In this document: positions 1-12,182 of the stretch, in pieces
Numbering within the stretch: position 1 is the stretch's first letter
Layout: the number at the start of each line of letters is the position of its first letter
Position numbers and translations under genes: made by a program
Notes under the pieces: generated by a model
What the model was told of the DNA's origin: nothing
The model's input: the letters and a program-made list of their open reading frames with translations, nothing else
Databases searched by the model: none
Source: Psammoneis japonica
Lineage: Eukaryota
Length of the DNA stretch: 64,000 nucleotides
Direction: 5' to 3'
NCBI GenBank assembly: GCA_008632985.1
Contig: QPGO01000010.1
Span: forward strand, 248,001 to 312,000

Positions 1-225
1 ATATCCGAAATGTTTTGGAACTTCAGGAAAACGGTTGTCAGCCACGAAACGTCGTACGAGCAGTCAGATGCCAAGAAAGAAGACGCCATTCACTTCAAGA
101 TTTACCCGCAGAACAATGAGCTTCGGGAGTACTTGCGTCACGGTAGCAACTCGTATCTTACTGCGTACGCCGGCAATGCCACGGTCGTCTACCCTAGCTT
201 GGAAGAGACGCCGACCGAGGCTTAG
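1..225 (+). CDS. 3' end of a hypothetical protein (truncated by the window edge)
   Basis: Frame is open from base 1 (ISEMFWN...) to TAG at 223-225, with coding-like composition. No family recognised. Confidence 0.5.
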   Translation: MSEMFWNFRKTVVSHETSYEQSDAKKEDAIHFKIYPQNNELREYLRHGSNSYLTAYAGNATVVYPSLEETPTEA

Positions 226-2554
226 GATCGGCTTAGGATCGTTTCATTGTCCTTCCCCAACAAGATCTCTTGATTAAACGTCTCGAGAAATTTGCTTTTG
301 TCACGGACAACCTACCAAATGTGCCGGAGACGACGGGGGGACCACTATGTTACTGTAGCATATCCATAAAATACCGTAGACTACTTTTCATCGTCTAGTT
401 TGCAATGTTGCACAAGAACAGCATATTTTTCAAAAACGGACACACCTATAAAAGAAGCCTGACGGGGAAGGAGAATTGCAGTTGCTCTTCTACAAAAGTA
501 GTACCTAGGAAACTCACCGAGATGTTCGGTTGAGCAAGAAACGTCACCGTCGACGACATTTTAAGCAATAGCCGCGTTGTCGAAAGTAGAGTTCATGATA
601 GCGGCTTTCTGCTTCATGGTGCTAGGAGAAGTATCGATGGTAGCATCAACATCAGCGGCTTTTCTTTTTCAATTGACTTGGTATGGGACTATTTGACAAT
701 TGTACACAGCACCATCCAAATCTATAGGATGATCTTGAGTCTTTCCGAGCTCAGGTACATCGTTTATGGTATTAGATTTGGTCTTGACGGTACCGGCACC
801 AGAGCAGGAACCCCGACCGAAGCATTGGGATGTGTGGACCGCTACCGTCCATCGCAGTAGCTTTCGGCGTGATAGCGCCAGTAGAAACCTTTGTTCCAGT
901 TTGTACACTACCGGCATCTGTCTATTATTCTCGTTACAACCTACTACCTGAAGCCCTAGGACCTGTACTGTGCCTGTGGAGCTACGTTTGGTCGCTTTGT
1001 CGACCGCGTCTTTGGTCCATCTTGTACACAATCGGTCGATTACTCTCGTCTCGATCCACTACCTGAACACCTACAACTGTAACTGTGCCTGTGGAGCTCC
1101 GTTAGGTCGCTTTGTCGACCGCCTCAATTATCTCTGCTCCGCTCGAGTCCACATTTGGGCCCAAAATGGTAGCGTCCTGGTTGCCACGGCGGCTTGTTGT
1201 TGTCTACGGGAGCGGTGATTGCCACTAAGGCCCGCGAAAAGGCCAGAATCTTCGGCACCAAATCACAAGGATAGTCATTTTGCGACAACCAAGGACTATA
1301 AACGGCATAGGTACTGTTCACACCGGTAGCAGGCTCTGAGTCTGAGTCGAGAAGAGGAGCCTACTACTCAAAGATGTGTTAGACGCCGATTGCGGAAGAT
1401 TTATAGCCAACGTCAAGCGACTTTGCAATGGGAGCAGCAAGAGAAGCCTCCATCCGTAGTGGAGGCGACATCCTGGACGTGGGATGTCCACAAAACTCCC
1501 ACAATAGATCACAACAATCTCAAGAGACGGCAGAAGGTCAATCACACACAAAAGTAGAAGTAGCAACACCTAAGACCAACGACATGCATGCTGCAACGTT
1601 GCAATGAAGAATAATTCTCGACAACCCCGCGCAAAAATGACACACTTCCAACAAAGTATGGCCACGTAGCTTAATCTTCGTATCTTGTAATTTCCAGTGA
1701 TATCTATCCGGTGCACTTCGGTCATTGCTTGTCCCAGGCAGCCCTTGTGTTCCATTTTTCGACGGAGGCCTGAATTAACTTCGGGTTGATGTAGAGTTCG
1801 TGAGAGCGGTTGTATTCAGCAAAAGCGAGCATCGTGCTTGGAAATGTTAGGGAAATCTGAAGCTTGCTTCTTAGCGTGTATTAACGTGGAATGACAGAAA
1901 CTTCATCATGGATACGCTCCAAAAGACGATTGAACTTAACAGCTTCGCTCTTCGCGTTTCTTTCTTGTAGATCGTGTCGGAAGCTGTGTGGGCAAAGGAT
2001 GATGACGATTTCTGCTTGGAGAACTTCTCAACTGCTATTGCGCTTCGCGGTGAAGGAAATCATGATGTAGTTTGTCACGATTCAAGGGTATGGTGACTGG
2101 AACATTGCTCAGACCTACTCCGGTCTGGCGAGGATGTCGTTGAGGCAGCAGCTAGCTTCGAGCTCCGCCATTGCATACGACATTGGGGTCAGATTGGGAA
2201 CTCCGAGTAGTGCGTGGGAATAATGGAGCTTGTTGCTGTAAGTTGCTTGAGTGTTTGAAAAGAAGCACAACAGTACAGTTAGTGTCTGGTCCAATCAGAA
2301 GTATTGAGAGCATTTGCATACGGCTTGTACCTAAATCTGGGCTGGTGTCAACAGAAACGGAACAAGTTCGGACTGACTGTATCATCCTGAAACTCAAAAG
2401 CCAGTACAAAACACATCCTGCATAGTATGCAGCTCTACTAATCAGTTTACAAGCCTAGGAGGCAATCCAATCGCCAACGTTCCTCCTGTAGACCCTGTCT
2501 AGCAGAAACATACCGCAGCATACTCATAACTCACAAACTACCAATCGAAACGCC

Positions 2555-3048
2555 CTAATAATCTTGACTGGCAGACTTAGACTTGCTTGCCGACTTCTTG
2601 GGAAGAAGAACGGCATGAATGTTTGGCAAGACACCACCCGCCGCAATCGTGACGTTTCCAAGAAGCTTGTTGAGCTCCTCGTCGTTCTTGACTGCAAGGG
2701 TAATGTGACGAGGCACAATACGGCTCTTCTTGTTGTCACGAGCAGCGTTACCGGCAAGCTCCAGAATCTCGGCACAGAGGTACTCCAAGACGGCGGCAAG
2801 GTACACGGGAGCTCCAGCACCCATACGGGTAGCGTACTTGCCCTGACGGAGATAACGACCGATACGACCGACCGGGAACTGAAGGCCGGCCTTGGAGGAG
2901 GAACTTACGCTCTTGCCCGCTTTGCCTCCGCGTCCTCCCTTACCTTTACCTGAAGAGTGTGTAGAAGTGATACAATGTGCATAAGTTTACAGCAAAACAT
3001 AATTTATGGTGATAACAGCAACAATACCGTCTTACCTTTGCCAGACAT
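2555..3048 (-). CDS. H2AX: Histone H2A, H2A.X variant; 2 exons (3048-3036, 2949-2555)
   Basis: Spliced product [13 protein letters not shown]...[38 protein letters not shown]...LLPKK...SQDY. GTAAG..TTCAG intron at 3035-2950. The C-terminal SQ(D/E)Y motif defines H2A.X. Confidence 0.96.
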
Positions 3049-5824
3049 GATTGATACGGTTGTTTTTGCTGCTCTGCTTTTTACTTTCTCTGCGAGTTGC
3101 GAGTTGCGTTGTGAGAGAAGGAGATCTATCCGTCGCGTCGGCACGTTTCGTGTTGAGTTGAGCGAGGTCGTGGTGTGAAAAATTCGGGCGCGGCCAGTTT
3201 AAATACATTTCTAAAGTATGAATAAATGATATTCAAATTTTCGGCGCGATCGAAGTTTGACCGATATGATTTGGGGCTTCGTGCTGTAATCCAGAAACGA
3301 TTTTCAGATCGACGATGCCGCCCGCCGCCATGGCGTCGTTTTGTAGAGGTAGAACACCATTACGCGATAGTCAAATAGCCGCATTTGTTATCAGCATGCC
3401 ATGTCATCGCTGTAATGATGGTTTCATTTCAACCTGTGGCAGTAAGAGCGTGGAGTGACTTGAAGCAAGGCGATGTGCTTTCAACTTTCAACATAGTCTA
3501 CCTGCGCGACTTTGTTGTGGACTACTATGATGCTGCCGTTGGTCTCGCGACAGCCTTTCTCTTTTTCGAGCTCGGATGGAATCGAATCTACAATGTTGAA
3601 GAATGGAGACCACTTCTCATAGCGGGACTTTGTCATTTTCTATTGGATCAACGTGCATCATTATTTTGTTAAGTTCTCCGCTTCAGAAGAATTCACAGTC
3701 TTCCAGGTCTAGCTTGCTGCGTCCTTGTCGCTCGGATTGATTGTCTACCCCATGTCGCTGAATGCGTGGATCAACGGAGAAGAGAGCTTTCTGTACTACG
3801 TCGTCAACATTTAGATGTGCGTCGCTTGGTAGCGGCCCTATTGCCTGTGTTTGGTATTCCTTGGCCTTCCTTCTTGTTCAACGTTGCGCCTTTTCTGTAT
3901 GTGTCCTCTTGGAGCTGAACGAAAGACACCGGTCGAGAACAAGTCAGATTGAACGGCAGTAGAGGCGGAGTTTTCACATCAGAGCTACAGAAGTGAAGTA
4001 AATTCTATACCCTCTGCATAGTTTGATAAGAATTGAATCAAGGCAACGCTCTCGAGACCTCCTGCTGAAAGTGGCGAACTGCGATATCTCAGGAGAATAA
4101 TTCTCTTGCACAGCTCGTTGCTTCTACCATTCCTGTGTGAGCTGGGGAAAAGGGATATTTGACGTAAGCCGTTGCCGCAACGGATCATAGTTTTGTACCG
4201 TAACAAGCCCTCCATTCATGTTCACACCTTTGGGGGCGGAAGACTGCATTTTACAGGGGGTCGCTATTCTTGCGCAAGACTCCAGCTTCAGTTGGCTTGG
4301 TTTGAGCAATCGCGGCAGGCTCCCCGTACCGGCATCGTCTCTTGACTCTTGACCTCTACAGCGGAGCAACTTTTGGCGAAAGCAGCATTCTACTTTTACC
4401 GCATGAACGCAGCGTAAACAGCAGGGAGAAGCTTGTCGGCAGTTTGCTAGTCCTGCGATCCCGCCAATGACTGCTTTGGTGCTACTCAACAGTTGTGTCC
4501 TTAAGGCGGAGCAGGAAAGCAACATATTCGGCGAGCTCAGCCTTTCGTTGCAACGTGATGGGCAATTATTTCTCCAATGCCCATTCACACGGGGACTAAG
4601 TACTTGTACTGTACTGGGAAAGACGACGAGAATGGCTACGGCAAGGTCTGCTAAGCTTGCTCTCGTCTCCACCCGACGGACGACGCGACAGCATGAGCGT
4701 GCAGCAGGATTGCTGGCACAGTCGCATGGACTTGAGAATGGTGCACCTGACATTAGATACCATATTCCTGATAAAGCAAGCAAAATGATAACGACGATGC
4801 AATTCCTTTTCTGGGTCCTTGTGCTGTGAATGCTGGTGGCTAGCTTGCTTGTTGCTCGCATCATAGAAGTGCCGAGCATTCAGATTCAAGATGGGGTTCA
4901 ACTTTTCACAAGGCACGCAGTATCGATTCTTTAATTGATAGATTTTCAAATCTCTAGCTTCTAGGAACGCCTGTCACCCAACCACTAGAGATTGCCTCTC
5001 GACGTCAAACGTTTGACACGGAGCTTTGAACAAGTATAATAGAGCGCCCATAATTGAAATGCCAAGGTGTGGCATTGAGAGCGAACTTCGGGACTACAGT
5101 ACAGTAGTGAGGCCGACTAACGATACGGTACTATCCTCTGGAGTTTATGAGAGACGAAATCTAAGTGCCGCGTGATTGAAGAAAGAGTCCTAAATAAAAA
5201 TATGAACCAACGAAAACGAACATCGTTATGCAATTGCCTCTACTCTACTAGGCCCTACACTCTAGAGATAATTGAAGCGGGTAGGCGAAAAGTAAATACT
5301 GAAAAAAACAGAATAGAGGAAATAATGATGTTGAACTTTCCGCACGGTACCCCCACAAAAGATCCATCAAATCGTCAAAAAGCAACCGAATTGATCAAGA
5401 CGATGGGTATGGTGATTCCCGTTCGATGTCGGAATACGCATCAATTATCCAATGAGTAGATAATAACGCCGGAAGCGTTTGACTGTTGTTTTGTTGGTGC
5501 GTAGGCATATTGTAGCAACGACACCGTGTCGGAGCCATCAAATCATCACCAGGTACCAGGCAGTCAAAAGAGTCGAATACGTCACGAGCCTCGGAACCGG
5601 TACTGGCCATCTTTGGGGAAGGAGGAAACCATTCTCGTGAGGTTTCGATCACAAAATAGAAACGTGCCAAACCGAATTTCAAAATCTCGTACGTAGAACC
5701 CCTGTAGCCTTGGTACTGAACCATCAAAACTCGCAAAATCGGAACAGAAAATCTCCCACGCTCAAGCGCTCACAACACAGACTCCTGGTCTTTTGACAAC
5801 CGCAAGCACCAACCTACATCAACC

Positions 5825-8347
5825 ATGTCAGTTACCCTTTCGATCTTTATTGTTCTCTCTGCTGTCGTCATTGGCTGTGTCATCGCTTTGGTGAGCAACC
5901 GCGTCCTTGCCGCCTTTTCCGTCTTTCTCGCGTTGAAACCGATCTCGAAGAAGCTTTTCGACGATGAGGAAACGGGAAGGAGCCAACTCATTCTAACCCC
6001 GACAACCCAAGAGTCTCTGTCGATTGTTCCATACTCCAATGTCAACGTTGTGTACTTCAAGTCGCCCTACGCTTGGTTCAAATCGTCCATTGAGAAGCTC
6101 GTGCGCCTTGCCGCTAAAACTCGAGTCGAGCCGATTTTCAAGTTTCCGTCCACGACCTATCAAGGATCCACCCATGCTATCATGAACTATTTTCCATCCT
6201 ACATGACGAGAATGACCCCTACTTTTACTGGTGTAATCAACCGCGCGGGTGTTTTATTTATTACAAGCTCCGTTGTTTGCGCCGGCGTTGAACTCGTCTT
6301 CAAGCCTGGCTCGTGCGACGCCGATCCCGACGATTTTGAGACGGCTGTACTTGAAACTCTCAAGAAGTGGCAATCGATACTTCCAAGCGTACAAGCAAGC
6401 ATTCTAATGGAGCAAAATGGCACAACAACCGGTCCTTGTATTGTTGCCAAGGCGGTCCTCACGTTCCCGCGTCCAACCTCCTCGCGTTCGTTGACCACCA
6501 CGCAAATTCATCCCAGCAACGAGAACTCTACGAACACGCTTGCAAGTGGCAGGGTCGCACATTCTATGTCTTTGACTCTTCCTATCCACCAGAACTCTAC
6601 GAACACATTGGCAAGCATCAGGGTGGCACACTCTGTGTTGTTGACTATTCCCAGCTACGAGAACTCTGCAAACACACCGCCAACTGGCAGGGATGCGTAT
6701 CCCATGCCACTGACTACGTATATTGGACCCAACGTTTGTACCAATACCCGGCAGAACACTGATGGCTTCATGGAAGAAACGGAGGAGGATGTGCCCACCG
6801 AAACTCGAGCCAATGACAAACCGTTGTCTTTCAAGTGTCGACGGCTCCAACGTGCACACAGTCGCTGGGAATTGCACAAGGCTCGCGTGGAGGTGCAAAA
6901 GAGTTTGGACAACGCCGCGGAGGCACCAACAGAAGGTCCTTGTCTATCGACGGATGTATCAACCGGTCGGACAGGTCGGCCCAGTGACACGGCTTTGCTG
7001 GTTCCGTCAGATGCCCTACGCGAGGTAGAAAAAGAAAGTCGCGGCCCATCGTCGGATGCCTCAACAGTCCTGGAAGCTCAAGCTAGTGACAGCAAACCCT
7101 CATCGGTCCCGTCGGATGCGCCGAATGTGGTTCCAACGGCAGAGCAATCTTACGGGAATCCCGGTCCGGCTCTGATCAATGATCCGCAAGGTCTCTTATC
7201 TTCAGCGAATGACGGGGATACCCGCAAGCCTGTGAACAAACGAAAGCCGCGCAGGAAGGTTCACCCCCAAAAGCTAAACATGCTGGCCAGTGACGCGACC
7301 TTGAAAGAGGCCAACAAACGATGCGCAGAGGAGCGTCGCAAAAAGAAAAGGGCAGCAAGATGGTGCATGGGTCGTGAAAAGATCGGAGCAATTAAAACGT
7401 TCCAGCGTGACGGGAATCCCAGTCCCGCTCCGATCAATGATCCGCAGGGTCTCTTATCTTCAACGAATGACGGGGATACCCGCAAGCCTGTTAACAAACG
7501 AAAGCCGCGCAGGAAGGTTCGCCCCCAAAAGCAAAACATGCTGGCCAGCAACGCGACCTTGAAAGAGACCAACAGACGCATTGCAGAGGAGCGTCGCGAA
7601 AAGAAAAGGGCAGCAAGATGGTGCATGGTCCGTAAACAGATCAGTGCAGTTAAAACGATCCAGCTTGCCTTTCGATGCATCCTGAAACGTGTTGCTGCCA
7701 AGAACGCTGCTGCTGTGACAATCCAGAGTGCATTTCGAAACTTTGTGACCAAGAAATCCGCAGCTTTGGCAATACAAGTCACCTTTAAGCGCTTTAACAA
7801 GCAACGTCGCACGTGGGTTGTCGCCGCCACCAAGATCCAAATCACTTTCCGACAACACCGCATGCGCATCGAGGAGGGAAAAGCCTGTCTCCAGCAGATT
7901 GCGCACTCCAGTCGCGATGAGCAAGGTGTTTCCAATGATGCTGAATGCTCAACTCCTGGCTTGAATAACGTGGACGAAGAGAGTGAGAAGAAGAGCGCGA
8001 ATTTGGAATTGGCGGAGCAACTCGCAGAGCCTTCTAACGTCAACGATTCGTATTTGAACCAAGCGCAAGCATCGTACAATCCGTTTGCCCCTCACTTGCT
8101 CGTCCGAATGAAAGTACAAGCACCCCGCACCCGTCGATCGTCGCCCAAGTCGTGCGAAGCCATCCAAAGAGACATTGAAATTAGGAAACGGGTGTCCCGT
8201 GAAAAGCTCCGAAAGAAAAGAAGAGCCAAGAAAATGCAAAAGATTCGTGGCATCCACGTTCAACCGATGGGGATTGGCGATCCGATGGACGCTGAAGAAA
8301 CCACAGAAGTTGAGTATGAGGACAAAATGGAGATTGCATGGTTGTAA
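5825..8347 (+). CDS. Hypothetical 840-aa protein with an N-terminal hydrophobic segment, internal repeats and about 4 IQ-like calmodulin-binding motifs
   Basis: Long intact ORF. IQ-like motifs: KTIQLAFRCILKR, VTIQSAFRNFVTK, LAIQVTFKRFNKQ, TKIQITFRQHRMR. Contains an 86-aa tandem duplication. Confidence 0.7.
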   Translation: MSVTLSIFIVLSAVVIGCVIALVSNRVLAAFSVFLALKPISKKLFDDEETGRSQLILTPTTQESLSIVPYSNVNVVYFKSPYAWFKSSIEKLVRLAAKTRVEPIFKFPSTTYQGSTHAIMNYFPSYMTRMTPTFTGVINRAGVLFITSSVVCAGVELVFKPGSCDADPDDFETAVLETLKKWQSILPSVQASILMEQNGTTTGPCIVAKAVLTFPRPTSSRSLTTTQIHPSNENSTNTLASGRVAHSMSLTLPIHQNSTNTLASIRVAHSVLLTIPSYENSANTPPTGRDAYPMPLTTYIGPNVCTNTRQNTDGFMEETEEDVPTETRANDKPLSFKCRRLQRAHSRWELHKARVEVQKSLDNAAEAPTEGPCLSTDVSTGRTGRPSDTALLVPSDALREVEKESRGPSSDASTVLEAQASDSKPSSVPSDAPNVVPTAEQSYGNPGPALINDPQGLLSSANDGDTRKPVNKRKPRRKVHPQKLNMLASDATLKEANKRCAEERRKKKRAARWCMGREKIGAIKTFQRDGNPSPAPINDPQGLLSSTNDGDTRKPVNKRKPRRKVRPQKQNMLASNATLKETNRRIAEERREKKRAARWCMVRKQISAVKTIQLAFRCILKRVAAKNAAAVTIQSAFRNFVTKKSAALAIQVTFKRFNKQRRTWVVAATKIQITFRQHRMRIEEGKACLQQIAHSSRDEQGVSNDAECSTPGLNNVDEESEKKSANLELAEQLAEPSNVNDSYLNQAQASYNPFAPHLLVRMKVQAPRTRRSSPKSCEAIQRDIEIRKRVSREKLRKKRRAKKMQKIRGIHVQPMGIGDPMDAEETTEVEYEDKMEIAWL
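7152..7665 (+). repeat. Intragenic tandem duplication, 258-bp period (2 copies)
   Basis: gatcaatgatccgca..ggtctcttatcttca..cgaatgacggggatacccgcaagcctg starts at 7174 and again at 7432. Confidence 0.9.
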
Positions 8348-8834
8348 TGGGTCAGCTTGGAGCAAGTATTACTGAGTTTCTTTCCTCCCTCCGGATTTGC
8401 GGGAGATGTCTGAGAACTCAAAAGCGTTGGCATCTCTGATGCCCGAACCATTTAGGTGGGGTTACTGGCGGTAAAGGTTCTGTACTGACACGAACACCCA
8501 TTGGTTCCGAGAGTTCAAGTCATCCGCCACGGAGTCGCAGGGAGGGGGGAGAAAGCGGAGAAAGACAAGCTCCACAATCATTAGATTACAAAGAAGAATT
8601 CAGCATATAAAACAAAAATTCACAGAATGCACGCGCACCATTTGATAGGTTTCTAACTAGTCGTCCCATCACCACGTCGATCGTCGCTCAAGTCGTACGA
8701 GATATTCAATGTGGAAATTGAGATGATGAAAGGGGAGTCCCGTAATTCGTCGCATCAGTGTCAGACCAACTAGTTAAAGCTCAAATCGTCACCTTGAATG
8801 CCACACGGCTGTCACACCTCCCCGTGCAACAATA

Positions 8835-9600
8835 GTAAAGGCATTGAGCATGCTATTGGACCGGTCTTGGACCTTGAACAAGTCCATGAAACCATCATGG
8901 ACTCAAAGGATAACTATCGGATAATTGTGCTAACAAAACTAGAGCGAGACAAACGAGCAGTAGAAAAGCATGGGTTGAGGTATGACTTGTTCGAACGTAG
9001 ATACCATACCCCGCCCAATGAATATTACTTACGGAAAGGTCAAACTAAAAAAGGCTATACAACTCAGACTCATAAGCACATCAGCGCGGGAATGGTTTTG
9101 GAGAGTGAATCGATCAATCCCAAACTGGTGGCGCCAAAGGTTAAAACCCCAAACTCGCAATGGCGGCAAAGAGTCCAATGGAAATACTATAGCTCGTTTA
9201 CGTGACCTTGTTGCATCTTGCAATGGCATTGTCAAACCTCCCAGTAGACCAACCGTAAAGGCATTTAGTTTGCTATTGGACGGGTCCTTGATTTTGAGTA
9301 AGTCCATGACACCATCGCGGACTCAGAGATAAATGAGCGTGTGACTGTGTTTTGGAACAATAGAGTGAGACAAACAAAATAACAGTAGCAAAGTACGGGT
9401 TGAGATGCGAGTTGCTCAGACACAGGATACTATACCGCACCGGACCCAATACATAGTACTCACGAAAAGATCAAACTAACAAAGACGGCAATACAGCTCA
9501 CGCTCTAATGAGCGCATCGGCGTTGGAATAATTGTTGACAATGAATCCCGAACGGCGGCACCAAAGGTTAAGAACCCCAAACTCACGATGGCTGAAACTA
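8835..9600. repeat. Diverged tandem duplication, about 420-440 bp period
   Basis: tgctattgga...agtccatga.accatc..ggactca at 8851 and 9271. ccaaaggttaa.aaccccaaactc at about 9134 and about 9561. Confidence 0.7.
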
Positions 9601-10355
9601 GTGCAATGTAAATACCCACTAGTCCAATGTAAATACCAGCGCCCGTGGGTATTGTCCTTGAGGTTTGTATAAAACTTGGGAGCGTCAAAGTATGCCATGA
9701 ATGTCGGCAGAGACATGGGAACAAGTATAAAAGAATTGGGATCCAGTCTCGCCGGGGTGTTTAGAGACGAGGGCAACCTCGTTCGTCTGCCGCATATATA
9801 GTCTACACGGACTTTTCCAAAGGTTGTAGATTGTGGATCAGCAACCAACATAAACTGCACCCACAACCAACCCATCACCATACCTGGTAAATTCCATCAA
9901 ATCCAGAACTTGTGGTGCGGCCGCACTCAGCAACTCCAACAAGAACCCCGCCCTGAAGGGCCGCTCCGATGACTTGCACACCCTCGTCGACGGCGGGTGT
10001 ATAGTTGACTTGAACCAAAGGGCAACAAGACAAAGCAATGGCGTGAGAGATGTCATGACTGCTCAGAGTTAAAGGAGAGCTCTTCAATCTTACAAGAAAA
10101 AACTAAATTTGTAACGAAAGAGATGAGTGATACCGAGGCGTTTTTCATCCATTCTTGCATTTATCGTACCTCACTCTTCACAGATGTGATCAGAGAAAAT
10201 TAAAATGCGTGCTTTATTGGTTAATCGTCAGGACAAGTGACGGCGACAAAATCGACGACCAGCTCCCCCGCTCTTGCGGTTGTCCATCGATTTGCTTTGA
10301 CTTGGCATTCCGATCCATCATCCATCATTCCATCATCGTTGCCAATACGGTAATA

Positions 10356-12182
10356 TTAAAAGAACTCGACTTGATTGAGGAGTATCCCAAAGACAATCAA
10401 ATAAACAACGGGAATCACCACTCTACAAAAGTCATCGATGGATTTGGAAACAGCCTGCCAACGACGATTGTTCTCGGACTCTTGCACGTCTCGAAAGTCG
10501 TCAGCATCACGTCTTGGTTCACGCATCGATTGTCGAAAGAGAGCCCGAGTCGTATCTTGTCGAAGTGAAGCAAGAGAGTCAGCAAACTGCGGTTCGGTGC
10601 TCCGTCGCATGGCGAAACTACCGGGTCCATTCGGGCTGTTTGGAGGGTTGTCTATTCTTGGCGATCCCTCGTCAAATTCATCTCCCTTTTCTGACTCGTC
10701 ATGAGATTCGTCCGAGTTGCCAGAAGCAGCAGCAACATCTTTTTCTCCGTTACTGTTATCCGAAGCTTCCAACTCTGTTATAGCCGAGTGCCGATTTTCT
10801 CTTTGATCCGAATCATTCTTGTTTTTACGGTTTCTTGTACACCGCCAGTCTTTAGCCGACACTTTTGACCTCAACCACTTCCACCACTTTGGCACCAGGT
10901 CAGTTCCAGTATAATAGAAAAAGTAAATCACAGCCACGGACTCAAAGAGGGCAAAGGCTGCAAAAGAGAGAGAAAAGAGAGAAAACTCCTGAAACCAAGT
11001 CATCTCGGCTGCAGTCGGGAGACTCGCCGCCACCACCAGTTCCGATGCCACGGCTGCCAGCATGCTGGTGATCACCAGTCCCATGCGCTCTCCCGAATGC
11101 ACCGGTAACCAAAAGGCGCCAAAGCCACAGAAATTCAAAATGACTTGCATTAACACATAGCCACGTACGTACGGTTGCCACGATCGATGAAAGGCAATAT
11201 CGTACATTAGAACGGGCCAGTCTTCCTCCGGACTGTTTATAAATGGAGGGTCTGTAGATGGAAAGAGACGCACAAGAGGGAAAATGAGCCGAGACTGCAT
11301 CTTCGTACGCTTCGTAACAATCCGTATGTGATTGATGAACTTACAGACAACCTCCCTGCATTGAATTGCGTTATCATCGAACAACCGATACTCAGCAAAG
11401 GCCTCTCCAGCTGTATCAGATCCTCCAATGGAGAATCCCTCGTCCATCTTGACGGGACGCAGGTATAGCCCAGTGTACACCCAGGACCCAAACTCCATCG
11501 TACAGGATAAGGCGTCAAAAGGGAACGAATCCAATCCTTCAAATTTACAAGCAGGCCGCAAGTGACCAGGTCTTGACCAAAAGACAGTCCCACTCGAATC
11601 CACAGTCGCGTACGAGTCCGTTAAGGTGTCCTTCATGGCAACTTCCATGTTCCACAAGGTAATGTCTGGGGTCCAAATCTCGGAAGCCTCCGCCCCGCCC
11701 ACACCTTCTCCAATCCAGAAATAGGCAGTGTCAAGTCCTCCATACTCCTCAGGATCCCACGCTAATCGAGGATCGGTCCAACGCTGTCGGAACCAAACGA
11801 TTAAATCGGCAACACCCTTTTTAATGTCAACCGCAAAGACGCGATGAAAGTTGATTCCAACCTCTACATGCAATCCGGTGCGGTTCCCAACACCCGTTGT
11901 CTCATTCCAACCCGCTTGTGTCCATGCATACTCCCACGGAAACGCCCCTCGATCATAATTGCTCAACAAGTCACTGCGAAGTCTCGACGCTTCGCCTCCT
12001 CCATTCGACTGCAACATGCGAATCTGATCTTGATCGTGATAATTAAGCTGTGTTGTTGCTCCCGCCCAAGGTGCATGGCTTGTTCCTCGTCGCTGCATCG
12101 GATGTGTTGGTGATATTGCTGGATTTCGGCCATGTGCAATCGACGCTGACAGCACCGTTGACGCAAAGTAGAACAAGAACAT
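10356..12182 (-). CDS. Pentameric ligand-gated ion channel (Cys-loop, nAChR-like); in-frame 93-bp intron at 11344-11252
   Basis: Signal peptide; WFRQRWTDPRLAW; IWTPDITLWN; Cys-loop CKFEGLDSFPFDALSC; FGSWVY; four TM helices with SGERMGL before M2. Removing the GTAAGT..CAG intron restores VVYPPF. Confidence 0.92.
   Translation of the reverse strand: MFLFYFASTVLSASIAHGRNPAISPTHPMQRRGTSHAPWAGATTQLNYHDQDQIRMLQSNGGGEASRLRSDLLSNYDRGAFPWEYAWTQAGWNETTGVGNRTGLHVEVGINFHRVFAVDIKKGVADLIVWFRQRWTDPRLAWDPEEYGGLDTAYFWIGEGVGGAEASEIWTPDITLWNMEVAMKDTLTDSYATVDSSGTVFWSRPGHLRPACKFEGLDSFPFDALSCTMEFGSWVYTGLYLRPVKMDEGFSIGGSDTAGEAFAEYRLFDDNAIQCREVVCKFINHIRIVTKRTKMQSRLIFPLVRLFPSTDPPFINSPEEDWPVLMYDIAFHRSWQPYVRGYVLMQVILNFCGFGAFWLPVHSGERMGLVITSMLAAVASELVVAASLPTAAEMTWFQEFSLFSLSFAAFALFESVAVIYFFYYTGTDLVPKWWKWLRSKVSAKDWRCTRNRKNKNDSDQRENRHSAITELEASDNSNGEKDVAAASGNSDESHDESEKGDEFDEGSPRIDNPPNSPNGPGSFAMRRSTEPQFADSLASLRQDTTRALFRQSMREPRRDADDFRDVQESENNRRWQAVSKSIDDFCRVVIPVVYLIVFGILLNQVEFF

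Noticed and set aside
2564..2953. Plus-strand ORF overlapping H2A, and similar antisense ORFs over other genes (for example 7261-8079, 24360-24980, 31292-31879)
   Set aside because: Antisense shadows of well-supported genes.
3985..4949. Minus-strand ORFs 4124-4879 and neighbours (TM-like segment followed by CDC..CC)
   Set aside because: May be a decayed type II membrane protein gene, but no coherent frame or family could be supported.
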